Shown piece by piece: positions 62,861 to 64,000 of a DNA stretch of 64,000 nucleotides. Position 1 is the stretch's first letter, and each line of letters opens with the position of its first letter. Below the pieces are notes generated by a model. It worked only from the letters and a program-made list of their open reading frames with translations. It was not told where the DNA came from and did no database searches. Location: contig JBHGNT010000011.1 of the NCBI GenBank assembly GCA_043228905.1, positions 14,942,001-15,006,000 on the forward strand, written 5' to 3'. The position numbers and the translations under genes are program-made. This DNA is from Azolla caroliniana (lineage: Eukaryota; Plantae; Polypodiophyta).

Positions 62861-64000
62861 GATGTCGACGTGTCACCTACTATACTTCAAACTAATAGTG
62901 TCAACTTTTTGCTCCTACCCCTTACTACAAGGGGTATCACCTAATATTCTACGTGCAAGGGTATCAACTTGTCGACCATGAGAGATATCACCTAATATTC
63001 TACAAACTACAAGGGTCAACTTTTTGCTCCTACCCTATATTGCAAGGGGTATCCAATGTTTGTGGTAAAAGTGTTGCATTTGAATATATTTTTATGTTGT
63101 GGTGCTATGTTCATGACCATAAGAAACCCTTGTCTAATTTTTTCATTTATTTTCATCCACTTTGACCATGTATTCTCCCAAAGAAAAACTCCAGTTAGTG
63201 GTGGAATTTTTGTTTTGTGAATGTTCGGTAATTGGATCAATAAACCCATGGACGACTCTTAGGTTCAACCCCAATATATGTTCCTAGCTTTCGTTCATCT
63301 TTGGCTAGTGAATATTAGGCATAGAATATATCATGATACATTTTGAGACTATGATTCTTATGGTTGTATATCAATCAAACATTCAAATATTTCCTTTTAC
63401 CTAATATGATCCTGTAACTCTCTTGAAATCATGATTCAAGTCAACCAGGACATGTGGTGTTATGGTATTGGTGTCTTATAAAATTGGTTTCTATAGTTAG
63501 TTAATCTTATCCTTTTGTCTCTCATGGTGGACAATATTTTTAGAACATTTAATGTTAGAAGCATCGTGGCAAGCATTATGAAAAGTTTCACGTGGTCTAC
63601 ACTAGTAGAGTGTAAACAACATCTAAGAGATTCTATATTGAAGAGGGTAACTAGTCCCCTTTGTATAGATAAAGTTCTTTGGCTCTCGGAACACCACTTG
63701 TTCTCATGCTTTAAAGGTTTGTCCCAAGTCTTAGAATAACTAGCTTCCCAATTATTGTGCCCCAAAAGAATTTAAAATATCCCTTTAGAATTGGTCCTTG
63801 AGATTATGCCAATAACAACATTGTTCTCCAAGGAGTTTCCTTTATGTTAGTCAATCTTTTGATACCTTAGACGATTTTCATCAAGAGAATTATGTTTCCT
63901 ACGTACAAGTTTTTTCTATTTTCATGTTGTTTTAATATACAATACTCTTGTTGAAAAGAGAGAGAGAGGTATAGTGTTTAGAAAACAAGGGAAACTTTAG

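Overview
Nuclear DNA of a land plant, probably a seed-free plant such as a fern or lycophyte (inferred from the retroelement type). The window has two parts. About 1-23.5 kb is a GC-rich nest of degraded LTR retrotransposons. Several Ty3/Gypsy elements share a tRNA-Trp PBS, a conserved G/T-rich PPT and 4-bp target sites. They comprise two gag-pro-pol copies, three apparently Gag-only relatives and solo LTRs, stacked inside each other and inside a minus-strand Ty1/Copia element. About 24-64 kb is AT-rich and genic: tRNA-Ser(GCT), an intronless atypical WNK kinase, a fasciclin-like arabinogalactan protein, mitochondrial ribosomal protein S6, MPP-alpha (13 exons), an auxilin-like J-domain gene (8 coding exons, one GC-AG intron), LINE remnants and minisatellites. 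The best leads are: (i) a conserved -1 frameshift cassette between protease and RT, plus a shared UAG at the gag/pro border; (ii) a Gag-only non-autonomous partner family; (iii) CpG-centred 4-bp target sites; (iv) an internal inversion of one element; (v) a WNK with DFG instead of the chloride-sensing DLG, no activation-loop Ser at the usual position and a His-rich N-terminus. All alignments were done by eye, and family assignments come from recalled motifs, not database searches.
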